A DNA stretch of 59,461 nucleotides, counting the filler, from Sphacelaria rigidula (lineage: Eukaryota): NCBI GenBank assembly GCA_964200075.2. It is 8 parts of 8 records of this genome, joined end to end, with 100 filler letters (N's around TTAATTAATTAA, not from the genome) between each part and the next. Parts side by side here need not be neighbours in the genome. Positions count along the whole stretch, not along the records: positions 22,337 to 29,681 come from CAXNAA020015330.1; positions 29,782 to 37,126 come from CAXNAA020015331.1; 6 more parts are not named here. One strand, 5' to 3'. Of the stretch, positions 24,100-36,378 are shown piece by piece. The translations under genes were made by a program, and so were the position numbers. The notes beneath the pieces were generated by a model that did not search any database, was not told the DNA's origin, and worked only from the letters and a program-made list of their open reading frames with translations. Position 1 is the first letter of the stretch. The number at the start of each line of letters is the position of its first letter.

Positions 24100-26458
24100 T
24101 ACGCCCCGCTTCCATATTCAGAACAAACAAGCCGGAGATACTCTCGAACGAAGTCAAGAGAGCGATGGTGAGGAAGGATGCGGATTCGCTACGAACACGC
24201 GCGAAAACATCGGAGACAACCGAACACGTAAGTAAGTGCGATCTAGATATTGTTGAAATCCCAGAGTCATGGGAGAAAGGTGGGGCAAAAATAGGATGTA
24301 CGGTTGGAGAATACGCACGGACAGGAAAAGGGAGAAAGGAACAGGAGCGCAAGAAAAAGGGGGCGGGAGGAGCAGGATCTCTAGTTAAGGAATGGCTGTA
24401 TGATATCAAAAAAGTAATCGAACACACAACATTCGACGAGAAAATATTGAAAAGGGTACCAGGAGAGCGGGGAACGACAAAAAATGGTTTTCTTAGAAAA
24501 CCTATACTTGTCGCTAGAGTAAAAAATAAGGTGAATATATACGCAGAGAAACTTCAGAGGGACATCAGAAGATGAATAGACGTTAAAACGCAACAAGAAG
24601 TAATTGTTGGAGATTTGATTCAAGGATTGGAAAAGCAAGTCAGCCGAATGATGGCATCGGGCAATACGGGGACACGAGGAAGAATGCGAATGAGGTAGAG
24701 ATGTCCAACTTCCTTAAGAATGGCGAGATAAAAACGTGGAACAGTAGAGGAAAAAATCCAAACCCACAATGGACTAGGTAATTCATGCAGAAGAGAGGAA
24801 ACTCCGTTCTTGACTAAAATATGGAAGTAGTGAGGAAACGGAAGTGCATGTATGCGCAGCGGACGTGAGAACTACAGATCATAGCCTAATATGGACATAC
24901 AGCATCAACATCAGCAGACGAGAGTTATGAAAAATAGGTGGGGTAGGAAGCTGCACAAATGAAGAGTAGGGAGAGTAGATGAACTAGGGATACAGGAGAA
25001 TAGCAAGAGTTTCAGGCAGAGAATAACGAAAATGCCGTGGAGTTTTTCGAGCTTTTGGACAGCTTAGGTACATCCAATACCGAAATAGAAAGGGATTGGA
25101 CAGGGGCGAAGGTTTTAGAATGATGGGAGCAATTGGTCAAGACCCAGCAAGAATGACGGGAAGAAACTGATCTCATGCAACAGAGCAGAAAAAGGAGGGA
25201 TGAGGGAGTAAAAGAGGATATGAGAGTAATAAGAGTAAGGATGGGGGGCACGAAAGATATACACTGAGTAAAACTGCGGTAGGGTGGGGAGAGTATGCTA
25301 AAGGTTGAAATAAGTAAAAATAAATGGTAGAGAAGAAAAAGAAGGGAACGTGAAAAGATATACTTGATAAATAAATTCAAAATTGATGGCAGGTTGAAGC
25401 AAATAGGGTCGGGATGAAAGAGATACTGGGCAAACAGGCGGGAGAGGCAGATGAGTGAATAGCCTCACTAAGAGCACAGAACTGTGAATGGTTAGTCATT
25501 CAAAGATGAAAAGCGAAGTACTAGCAGAACATTACCGAAACTAAAAACACCAACGATCAACAAAAGGTTCGACGCGGAACTCGAGAATGAAATCAACTCG
25601 TGGACGAAGCCAAATGCAGGCGCACCACAACGGGAAGATGGTGGTTCAAAAGATCGCAGAGAGAGCTCACGAGAGAGGGAGTAAAGGAGTGCGTACTCAT
25701 AGCTGTACTCGTGATTAGAAAGGCAGCACGGACAGATGAAATAGTGAATGAATTTATGAAGTGCGGGAGAGAAGAAAGAGTGACCATGTTGAACAACTGG
25801 ATCTGCGAAAACGAGGGTGCACCGAATGGTGGAGAGAAGGAGAAGTAATTAACCTTTTCAAGAAAGGAGCATGCCTGGCCCAGGAAATTGTAGAGGAAGA
25901 ACGCTCCTGAGCACCGTAGTACAACATTTTGTAAAATTCTGACCGATAGAGTGGGAACAGCGCTGGAGAAGGACGAAAAACTCGGCGAGGGTCAAGCGGG
26001 GTTTAGGTCAAACTGTAGCTGAATGGACCGTGTGTAAAAGTTGGGTAAGATCATTCAAAGTAGGGAAGACACGGAGCTAACAACGCATTGTTACTTTCTC
26101 GACGTACGGAAGGCCAACGGCACAGTATGGGGTGATAGTCTACGAGAAAAGATGTGGGAAACTTATATCAGAGGAAATATGTGCAGAACAGAATGTGCGA
26201 AAAGTGCTATGATGCTAGACGGGGAGATATGGAAATACATTGATATTTTCAAAAGAAGTTGCACAAGGATTTACGTTATCGCCCGCTTTATTCGAGGTAT
26301 TTGTTAATGACATGGTAGTAGCAATAGACGCAGCAAAGCATGGGGTCAGGGTGGGCGAAGATACGGTATCTGGATTGATGTTCGCGGATGGTTCCGTGGG
26401 CACATCAGGAATCCCAGGAGGATTGCGTAAACGACAGAGACGTCGCTAGAATACACTT
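24100..26458 (+). mobile_element. Decayed LINE (APE endonuclease plus reverse transcriptase)
   Basis: APE-like DLDIVEIPESW, GAGGAGSLVK and VIVGD; RT-like LGEGQAGFR, FLDVRKANGTVW, VAQGFTLSPALFEVFVNDM, GLMFADG. Many stops and frameshifts. Confidence 0.9.
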
Positions 26459-27182
26459 CGAGCTGGGCAGGCCTGAAGCAATGTTCGGGGGTTGAACAGT
26501 TTTGCATCGCCCGTTTTCCAGAGTTTGAAGCTGAAAGTTTGACACTAACTTGATACTACATCAAGAAACGAAAGCGTTCTGCCTTAACCAACAGGAGAAG
26601 GAAACCAGCAAATGAGGGCCACTTCGAGATTATGACAAAAATTCAAAATGCCATACCTCAGCATGTATATGACGAAGGCAATACGTGTTTGCCTATTGAC
26701 GTGTAGAACGTACGTATGAGATTTGTTTTTTCAAACTTCTCAGAATGCCGTACCCGACCTGCCCTGGGACATTCTACTGGATACTAGTTATTGCCTTCAA
26801 GTAATGGAAAAAACAACACTTCCCGTCCCAACGTATTTTTCTTCAATGTGTCCCATTCATTCTCCACACCAAATTTGAAAGGAAGGGTATCGATCGTTTC
26901 CCCGTGCTCCAGGAAACGTCCACATCAAAATCGCCATCGTCCGCTGTATATATCGCTCGGGGTTTCATATAGTTCCTAGAATGGACCTATCTCCGTACGG
27001 CATAGGAATTACTCGACATGGCGTTTAATCAATGAAAAAAAAACGGCACAGGCTTTTGAGCAGATGGGCATCTTCCCCTTGATTCTACGATCAATACGAT
27101 ATGCAGATCACGACCTCACTTGTCTGTGTCGATGAGATATTGCTTTGAGAGCTTAAATCCGTTCCTAGACATGGGCAGCTCG
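26459..27182. mobile_element. Non-autonomous TIR element of the CGAGCTGG family, abutting the LINE
   Basis: Starts CGAGCTGGGCAGGCCT, ends AGACATGGGCAGCTCG|TA; right subterminal region resembles the reverse complement of 15370-15480. Confidence 0.6.
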
Positions 27183-28288
27183 TACAACGAAGCCCTCGTG
27201 AGGGGAGACATGTTTTCCAAAAAACGTTGTACTATAATTGAGAGGGAATGAATGCGCAAAGCCCTTCACGTTCAGGAGTGTATCTATGCTCAAATCCGTA
27301 CGATTTTCATTGAATTCAAAATTTTGGTCGATTTGAACACGGGCAAAAAAGTGCGCTATTCAGATTTACCTGTACATTTTTCTATACAAGGATATAGTAT
27401 ATGCTTTCCTATTTCGTTCTGCGTGCTCAAGTATATCCTGTATGCAGGCAGGTGCAGACAGGTGGGGATGACGGTGGTGAGCCAGTGCGTTGTATTTCTA
27501 TGCCGCCATCATCTGCAGAGATGGGGTTTCCCGCAGAAGTGTTTGCAGGTGTTCTCTCACCCTGCCAGCAGAAATGTGGCCTACGATGTACGGCTGAGTG
27601 AATGTTCAACCCTTTGACGGCGAGAGTAGGTCATCTGTTGAACCGGCACCAGTTCCACTCACCCGAAAAAAGTATGCATGATCCAGATGGACTACCCTCG
27701 CGGCCAAGGGGTCAACACTAAAAGCTGTAATAATGGGGTAGTACGTGCAGCTGATCATAATGACACCAACCCTACCACGAATGGCTGTAATAATGCATGC
27801 CCACAGCAAACCCCGTCCGTGGACGCCGGAGGTTGGTGTAGACGGGCATTTTTCGTGCAACACCACCCACAACTTACCGTGTGTTCACTTCAATGCGAGA
27901 AGTCGACACACCCAGGCTGAGCGATAACGTGATAACCGTTGGTGGTCGTTCCCTTTGTATATTTTAAGAGGCACATGATGCTTGGCGACCTCGTCACAAC
28001 AGCACTAATAGCTGCGTGATGGCTGTTGGTAGTCGTTGCCAAATTGGACTGAAATGCAGCGCCAATAAACGATATTGGCGAGCTGTCCTCGATGGGGGTA
28101 GTTGAGTTAAACGCGAGAAGTCGACATCACTTTGAAGAGAAGAGGCTCTCGTCGAAAATGGGGGTTCGACATCACGATGAGGCTGAACCTGCTCCAACCT
28201 TTCCGCGATGTTAAACCTCATTTTCGAGGAGACTTTCCTAGAGCATACGATACTTGGTGGCCTCATTACAACATTAGTAGCTGCAATG

Positions 28289-28947
28289 CCGCCGCGTCCC
28301 GGTGGTGTAATGGTTCGACTGTCGCCATTAGGGTGGAGAGAACAAGGGGTCGATTCCCGACGCGTTGAGTTTTTTCCGTGGAAAGCGTGAATGAAAACGT
28401 GAGTGAACAAAGAAGTCGACTGACTTTGTTCGACGTGAGTTGACGCGGTGCGGGAGTGGTGATAGTCATGACCCAACCCGCGAGACCAAAATGCAAGGCG
28501 TGTACCGGGGGAGGCATTGGAAAATCCCTGGAGACCACGGACTCGTCCCGAGGAAAAGGAGGCGTTCAAAGTGCGACAAACAAATAGTAATGACATACGA
28601 AATGAAAAAAATACTGCCGGGCCTCGGTAGTCCAGTGGTCTGACTGACACCATTAGGGCGTTAAGCATGCGGGTTCAACACCTGATGCGTTGTGTTTTTT
28701 CTTCTGCGTAGTATCTGCTTCCTGATATCCACAGCTGAAAGCGTGAGTGTGCGAGCAAACAAAGAAATAATTGTCGAATCTTGCTTGACGAGAGTCGACG
28801 CGGTGTGGATGTGCTGGTCATGATCCAATCCGCGAAACGAAAATGCAACGCGTGTACCGGGAAGAGATGGATTGATCCCTTGAGATCATTAGGCCCCGGA
28901 GTCGTTTCGAGGAAAAGGGAGGGGTTCAAAGTGCGACAAAAAAAAAA
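28289..28947 (+). mobile_element. Two tandem tRNA-derived SINEs of family B (28289-28585 and 28617-28947)
   Basis: A-box-like TGGTGTAATGG, B-box-like GGTCGATTCC, shared body and 3' end TTCAAAGTGCGACAA with A-rich tail. Confidence 0.8.
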
Positions 28948-29344
28948 ATGAAAGTCACATACCGTTTTTTTTTTTTTTCCACGGCCATGAATATTCGTTT
29001 TGATTCGCCCCGTCCCGTTCCGTTTTGTTTTTATGATTGCGGTAAGTCTAGTAACGATCGGTCCGTCACAAGGCTGGAATTGCACCTGCCTAGCCTAATT
29101 CTGTCGGGTTTTTTCGACCTCAAAAAAGCAGATCGATTGGGTGGTTGCCGATGACGCTCTCGGGGATTTGAAGGATATGGACATGCTATTCGACCCATAC
29201 CTCGCTGATGAATCTGCCTGCCCCTGCGAAGGTGTTGACAGGTGCGTCATTTTTGAAAATATGATTTTGGTTTCGGTGGAAGTGCCGTTGCTGAATACGT
29301 TTTGATACTTGTAGTAATATGGAAAAAACCAAGGTTGTGTTCTG

Positions 29345-29681
29345 CAAGGTACGGGTACGTTCTCTACGGTATGAGATTCCGTACAGAGTTTACAGAACTG
29401 TCGGGTACCGGTTTGGATGGTCTAAGGGAGTTTACAGAATTTTCGGGTGCCGGTATGAAAGTCTTACAGACTTGACAGAACTTGTCGGGTACGGTACGGG
29501 AGGCTTACAGATACCCGGTACCGGCAGTCGAGTAACTCTTTTCGGGTATACCTGCCCCTCGGGTTCGGGTATATGTTATGTACAGAACTTACAGAACTAT
29601 CGGGTATGGGTATGAAAGTCTTACAGAGATTACAGAACTGTCGGGCACCTGTATGAAAGTCTTACAGAAGTCACAGAACTG
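29345..29681 (+). repeat. Degenerate tandem repeat, ~42-bp unit
   Basis: Recurring TACAGAACT.TCGGGTACCGGTATGAAAGTCTTACAGA. Confidence 0.85.
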
Positions 29682-30039
29682 NNNNNNNNNNNNNNNNNNN
29701 NNNNNNNNNNNNNNNNNNNNNNNNNTTAATTAATTAANNNNNNNNNNNNNNNNNNNNNNNNNNNNNNNNNNNNNNNNNNNNGTTTTAGGCTTGAGCCTCA
29801 TCTCGAAGTTAAACCTCAATTCTCACAATTTGCTGTTGCATGATTTCATTTCTTCCAACACTGAGCTTGCGCCCATGGCACGTGAAAGAATCTCATCGCA
29901 TACAGCGGTAGGTGAACTTGTGTCTCGGACACAGTACATCGGCCAGTCCCTACCATCACGTTGCTAATACGCTGCAACGCTCTTGTCGTCAGTGGGTCAT
30001 GAGCCTCTCAGGAACACATACTTTTTCCAACTTGTCGCC

Positions 30040-33000
30040 ACCGCGACACATAGCCTCCACCCTGGAACACCAACGACATACTCTTCGAAATGCAAGAAAA
30101 CAAACATCCAAAGGGGTGGAGTAAAACAAAGCACCCAAACGCGACCGCGAAACCGATCGAGTGGCCGCTTCGAGGGCCGGCAGGAAATAAACGCATCACA
30201 AACATTCGGTCGGCTCGAGGCGGTAAACTATGGATTTTTGCCCGAGGCCCCGACAAGCAGGGTTTGGCACTACGAGGACACTCCGGATCATCGACGATTC
30301 CGATCAAGTTGTTCTTGCTCACCATGGCTTTCGTGCTGGAGATCGACGTCATTTTGGATGAGCTGAAGAACTTGAGCTCACCAAGAGGATATCAATCTCC
30401 AGCGCGAAAGCCATGGTAAACAGGAACAACGTAATTCAGATGACTACCATGGAATCCAGGGTGTTCTTGTAGAACCAAAACCTGTTCCTTCGGGTCTCAG
30501 GCGAAGCCTCACACTCTACACGACACATAGCCCCCACTCCAGAATACCCACGACATACTCCTTAGCGGAATGCGAGAAAACAACCCCCTAAAGAAGAGGT
30601 GAAGTCAAACGAAACACCCAAACGCGACCAAGGAAGCGATCGAGTGGCCTCTTCGAGGACCGGCAGAAAATGAACGCATCCCAAACATTCGGTCGGCTCG
30701 AGGCGGTAGATCATGAGGGTTTGCCGGAGGCTCCGACGAGCAGGTTTTGCCACAACCTTGACACCCCGGATTCCGTGGTGGTCATTTGGATCAAACTGTT
30801 CCTGCTTACCATGGCTTTCGCGCTGAAGATCGACATTCTCTTGGGTGAGCTACAGAGCTGAGTCTATACTAGCTCACCCAGGTGGATGTCGATATCCAGC
30901 GCGAAAGCCATGGTGAGCAGGAAAAACTTGATCCAAATGACCACAGTGGAATCCGGACTGTCCTCGTAGTGCCGGGTACCTGTCTGTCGGGGTCTCGGGA
31001 CAAAATTCGTTGTCTACCCGACACATAGCCCCCACCCCGGAAAACCCAAGAAATACTACTCGTCGAAATATGAGAAAGCAAACCTCCAAAGAAGAGTTGA
31101 AGTAAACCGAAACACCCAAACGCGTCCACGGAACCGATTGAGTGGCCACTTCGAGGATCCGCAGGAAAAAAACGCATCCCGAACATTCGGTCGGCTCGAG
31201 GCGGTAGAATATGAGTTTGTGCTCGAGGCCCCGACGAGCAAGGTTTGGTACAACGATGATACCCCGGATTCCATTGTGGTTATGTGGATCAAGTTGTTCC
31301 TGTTCATCATGGCTTTCGCGCTGGAGATCGACGTTATCTTGGGTGAGCTGAAGAACGAAGTCTACTTCAGCCCACCCGAGGGGATGTCGATCTCCAGCGC
31401 GAAAGCCATGGTGAACAGGAACAACTTGATTCAGATGGCTACCATGGGATCCGGGGTGTCCTCGTACGACCAAAACCTGTCCCTTCGGGTCTCAGGCAAA
31501 ACCTCACAGTCTTCATGACACATAGCCCACACCCAGAACACCCACGACATACTCCCTACCGGAATGCGAGAAAAGAGATCCCCAGAATGGAGCGAAACAA
31601 AGCACCCGAACGCGACCACGGAACTAATCGAGTGGCCGCCTCGAGGACCCACAGGAAAAGCATGCATCCCAAACATTCGGTCGGCTCGAGGCGGTAGCCT
31701 ATGCCACTTTCTACGATACCCCCCCCCCCCCCCCCAACCAGCCCCAAAGTGTCACAAAAAAGTGGCCATACAGCGCCTGATGTTTGAGTTAGGCTGCATG
31801 AAGCACCTCATATTGGCGGCATTGGCGAGAACGACCCCAGACGTGAGAATTCCCAGCTTCTTGCTGTGCTCGGCTTTATCCATTTCGATTCACGTGAAAA
31901 TGTTGCCACCCCAAACCATGCCCTTTTTCGGGGGGGGGGGGGGGGGGGGGGAAAAAAAAAAAGTGCCTCCCACATTTTGCCCCAGACCCCAACGGAGGGG
32001 GTTTTGCAAAAAAAGAACCCCNNNNNNNNNNGGTTTGGCGCGTGGCTGGGTTTCAACACTTCGCTCATACAAGAACGGGTGACAGCCCCATCTTCTCCGT
32101 TTTTGGGGGGGGGGGGGGGGGGGGGGGCTATCTAAGAAAGTGTCCTACACTATTTTGCCCGAGACCCCAACGAGCAGGTTTTGCAACAACGATGACACCC
32201 TTGAGTCCATCGTGGGTATTTTGATCAAGTTGTTCCTGCTCACCACGGCTGCCGCGCTGGAGATCGACGTTCTCTTGGGTGAGCTGGAGAACGAAGCCTA
32301 TTTTAGCCCACCCGAGGGAATGTCGATATCCAGCGCGAAAGTTATGGACAACAGCAACAACGTGATCCACATGACCACCATGGAATCCGTGGTGCCCTCG
32401 TAGAGCCAGTACCTGTCTCTCGAGGCCTAGGGAGAAAATTTGCTGTCTGCGCGGCATAAAGCCTCCACCCCGAAAACCCCACTACGTATTTCTCGTCGAG
32501 ATGCGGAATAACAAATTTCGAAATTGGAGCAAAACAAAACACACAAACACGAACACGGAACCGATCGAGTGGCAGCTTCGACGATCGGCAGGAAATAAAC
32601 GCACCCCCAACATTCGGTCGGCTGGAGGCGATAGCTAATGGGGGTTTGTCCGAGGCCCCGAGGGACAGGTTTTGGCACTACGAGGACGCACTTGATCCCA
32701 TCGATCATTCGGATCAAGTTGTTCCTGCTCCCCATGGCTCTCGCGCTAGAGATCTACATTCTCTTGGTGAGCTCACGTTCTTGAGCCTCCCAAGAGGGTA
32801 ACGCACTCCAGCGCGAAAGCCATGCTGAACGGGAACAATCTATTCGAATGACCACCATGAAATCTGAGGTGCCCTCGTAGAACCACAAACTGCCCCTCGG
32901 GGTCTTGGGCAAAATCTCATAGTCGACGCTACATATGGCCCCCACCCCGAACTCCCACGACATACTTCTCGTCACAACACGAGAAAACGAATCGTTAGAA

Positions 33001-36000
33001 AAGAGGTGGAGAACAACAAAACACACGAACGCGACCACGGAACCGTAGCTCATGAGGGTTTGCCCGAGGCCCCGAGGGACAGGTTTTGGCAGTACGAGGA
33101 CACCCGGATTCCATCGATCATTAGGATCAAGTTGTTCCTGCTCCCTATGGCCTTCGCGCTGGAGATCTACATTCTCGTGGTGGGTTCAAGTTCTTCAGCT
33201 CCCCAAGAAGGTATCGCACTCCAGCGCGACAGCCATGCTGAACAGGAACAACTTTATCCAAATAAGCACGATGGAATCTGGAGTGTCGTTGTAGAACCAC
33301 AAACTGCCCCTCGGGGTCTTGGGCGAAGTCTCACAGTTCCCGCTACATATAGCCCCCACCCCGGAACACCCACGACATACTCCTCGTCACAATACGAGAA
33401 CATGAATCTTCGAAAAACATGTGCAGTGAAACGAAACATCCGAACACGACCACGGATCCGACCGAGTAGCCGCTTCGACGACCGACAGGAAATGAACGCA
33501 CCTCGATTACTTGGTCGGCTCGAGGCGGTAGCTTATCAGGATTTGCCCGAGGCCCCGAGAGACAGGTTTTGGCACAGCGATGACACCCCGGATTCCATCG
33601 ATTATTCGGATCAAGTTGTTTCTGCAAACTATGGTTTTCGCGCTGGAGATCGACATTCTTTCGGTGGGCTCAAGTTCTTCAGCTCCCCAAGAAGGTATCG
33701 CACTTCAGCGCGAAAGCCATGCTAAACAGAAACAACTTTATCCAAACAACCACCATGGAATCTGGGGTGTCCTCGTCAAACGACAAACTGCCCCTCGGTG
33801 TCTTGGACAAAATCTCACAGTCTACGCTACATGTACAGCCCCCACCCCGGGACACCCACGACATACTTCTCATCACAATACGAGAATACGAATCCTCAAA
33901 AGAAACGTGACGTGGAAAAAAACATCCAAACACGACCACGGAACCGATCGAGTAGCCACTTAGACGACCGGCAGGAAATGAACATTCCTCGAATATTCGG
34001 TCGGTCCGACGGGGTAGCTCATGAGGGTTTGCCCGAGGCCCCGAGGGACAGGTTTTGGCACCACGAGGACACCCCGGAATCCATCGATCATTCGGATCAA
34101 GTTGCTTTTGCTCACCATGGCTTTCGCGCTGGAGATCGACATTCTCTTGGTGAGTAATACCACAGACTGCCCCTCGGGGTCTTGGGCAAAATCTTACAGT
34201 CTACGCTACACATATAGCCGCCACCCCGAAACACCTACGACATACTCCTCGTCACAATACGAGAAAACGAATCGTTAGAAAAGAGATGAACTGGAAGGAA
34301 ACACACAAACGTGACCACGGAACCGATCGTGCGGTCGCTTCGACCACCGACAGGACTGAATGCATTCCGAACGTTCGGTCGGCTCGAGGTGATAGCTCAC
34401 GAGGGTTTGCCCGAGGCCCCGAGGGACAGGTTTTGGCACTACGAGGACACCCCGGATTCCATCAATCATTTGAATCAAGTTGTTCCTGCTCCCCATGGCT
34501 TTCGCGCTGGAGATCGGCATTCTGTTGGTGGGCTCAAGGGTTTAAGCCCATCCCCTTCGTGAGCTCACGTTCTTCAGCTCCCCAAGAAGGTATTGCATTC
34601 ATGCGCATAAGCCAGTGCGAACAGGAACAACTTCATCCGAATGACCACCATGGAATCCGGGGTGTCCTCATAGAACTACGAACTGCCGCTCGGGGTCTTG
34701 GGCAACATCTCACAGTCGACGCTACTTATATTGCCCCCACCCCGAAACACCCACGGCATACTCCTCGTCACAATACGAGAAAATAAATTGTTGAAAAGAG
34801 GTGGAGTAAAACAAACTACCCATACGTGACCATGGAATCGATCGAGTGGCCGCTTCGACCACCGACAGGGGATAAACGCATACCGAACGTTCGGTCGGTT
34901 CGAGGCGGTAGCTCGTGGGGGTTTACCCGAGGCCCCGAGGGACAGGTTTCGGCACTACGAGGTCGCACTTGATCTCATCGATCATTCGGATCAAGTTGTT
35001 CCTGCTCCCCATGACCTTCGCGCTGGGGATCGACTTTCTCTTGGTGGGCTCAAGTTCTCGAGCCCATCCTCGTGGTGAGCTCAAGTTCTTCAGCTCCCCA
35101 AGAAGGTATCGCACTCCAGCGCGAAAGCCATGCTGAACAGGAGCAACTTCATCCAAGCAACCACCATAGAATCCGGGGTGCCCTCGTAGAACCACAAACT
35201 GCCCCTCGGGGTCTTGGGCACAATCTCATAGTCGACGCTACACATATGGCCCCCACCCCGAAACACCCACGACATACTCCTCGTCACAATACGAGAAAGC
35301 GAATCGTTAGAAAAGAGGTGGAGGACAACAAAACACACGAACGCGACCACGGAACCGATCGAGTGGCCGCTTCGACCACCGACGGGAGATAAACGCACCC
35401 TGCACATTCGTTCGGCTCGAGGCGGTAGCTCATGGGGGTTTGCCCGAGGCCCGGAGGGACAGGTTTTGGCACTACGAGGACACCCGGATTCCATCAATCA
35501 TTCGGATCAAGTTGTTTCTGCTCCCCATGGCTTTCGCGCTGGAGACCGACGTTCTCTTCGTGGGCTGAAGTTCTCGAGCCCATCCTCGTGGTGAGCTCAA
35601 GTTCTTCAGCTCCCCAAGAAGTTATCGCACTCCAGCGCGAAAGACAGTGCGAACAGGAACAGCTTTATCCAAATGACCGCCATGGAATCTGGGGTGTCCT
35701 CGTAGAACCACAAACTGCCCCTCGGGGTCTTAGGCAAAATCTAACAGTCTACGCTACATATATAGCCCGCACCCCGAAACACCCACGGTATACTCCTCGT
35801 CACAATACGAGAAAACGGATCGTTAGAAAAGAGATGGACTGGAAGGAAACACCCATACGCGACCACGGATCCGATCAAGTGGCCGCTTCGACGATCGGCA
35901 GGTTATACACGCATCCCGAACATTCGGTTGGCTCGAGGCGGTAGCTTACCAGGATTTGCCCCAGGCCCGGAGGGACAGGTTTTGGCACTACGATGACACC

Positions 36001-36378
36001 CGGGATTCCATCGATCATTTAGATCAAGCTGTTCTTGCTCACCATGACTTTTGCGCCGGAGATCGACATTCTCTTGGTGAACTCAAGTTCTTCAGCTTCC
36101 CAAGAAGGTATCGCACTCCAGCGCGAAAGTCATTGGGAAAATGGACAACTTTATCCAAATGACCGCCATGGAATCTGGGGTGTCCTCGTAATACCACAAA
36201 CTACCCCTCGGGGTCTTAGGCGAAATCTCACAGTCTACGCTACATATATAGCCCCCACCCCGGAACACCCACGACATACTCCTCGTCAAAATACGAGAAA
36301 ACGAATCGTTAGAAAAGAGATGGACTGGAAGGAAACACCCATACGCGACCACGGAACCGATCGAGTGGCTGCTTCGAG
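30040..36378 (+). ncRNA. Tandem array of about 12 long-hairpin units; candidate hairpin-RNA/small-RNA precursor cluster
   Basis: Hairpins start near 30231, 30713, 31212, 32150, 32640, 33051, 33535, 34020 (right arm mostly deleted), 34400, 34915, 35430 and 35950. G:U excess on the + strand. The repeat structure is certain; transcription is inferred. Confidence 0.6.
31705..32142. mobile_element. Small TIR insertion in array unit 4, spanning an assembly gap
   Basis: CACTTTCTACGATAC(C)n ... (G)nCTATCTAAGAAAGTG; the right junction appears twice, once garbled before the N10 gap. Confidence 0.5.

Noticed and set aside
27994-28668. 224-aa minus-strand ORF
   Set aside because: Runs antisense through SINE copies; no protein similarity recognised.
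31280-31353. Tyrosine recombinase box I resemblance in KLFL..MAFALEID..LG
   Set aside because: The catalytic Arg position is Glu or Lys in the units read and no other motifs are present.
31930-32130. Poly-G/poly-A rich ORFs around the N10 gap
   Set aside because: A garbled duplicate of the neighbouring junction; likely low-quality read end.
30040-36378. CRISPR-like array
   Set aside because: The linkers are homologous to each other rather than unique spacers, units are ~500 bp, no cas genes, eukaryotic context.
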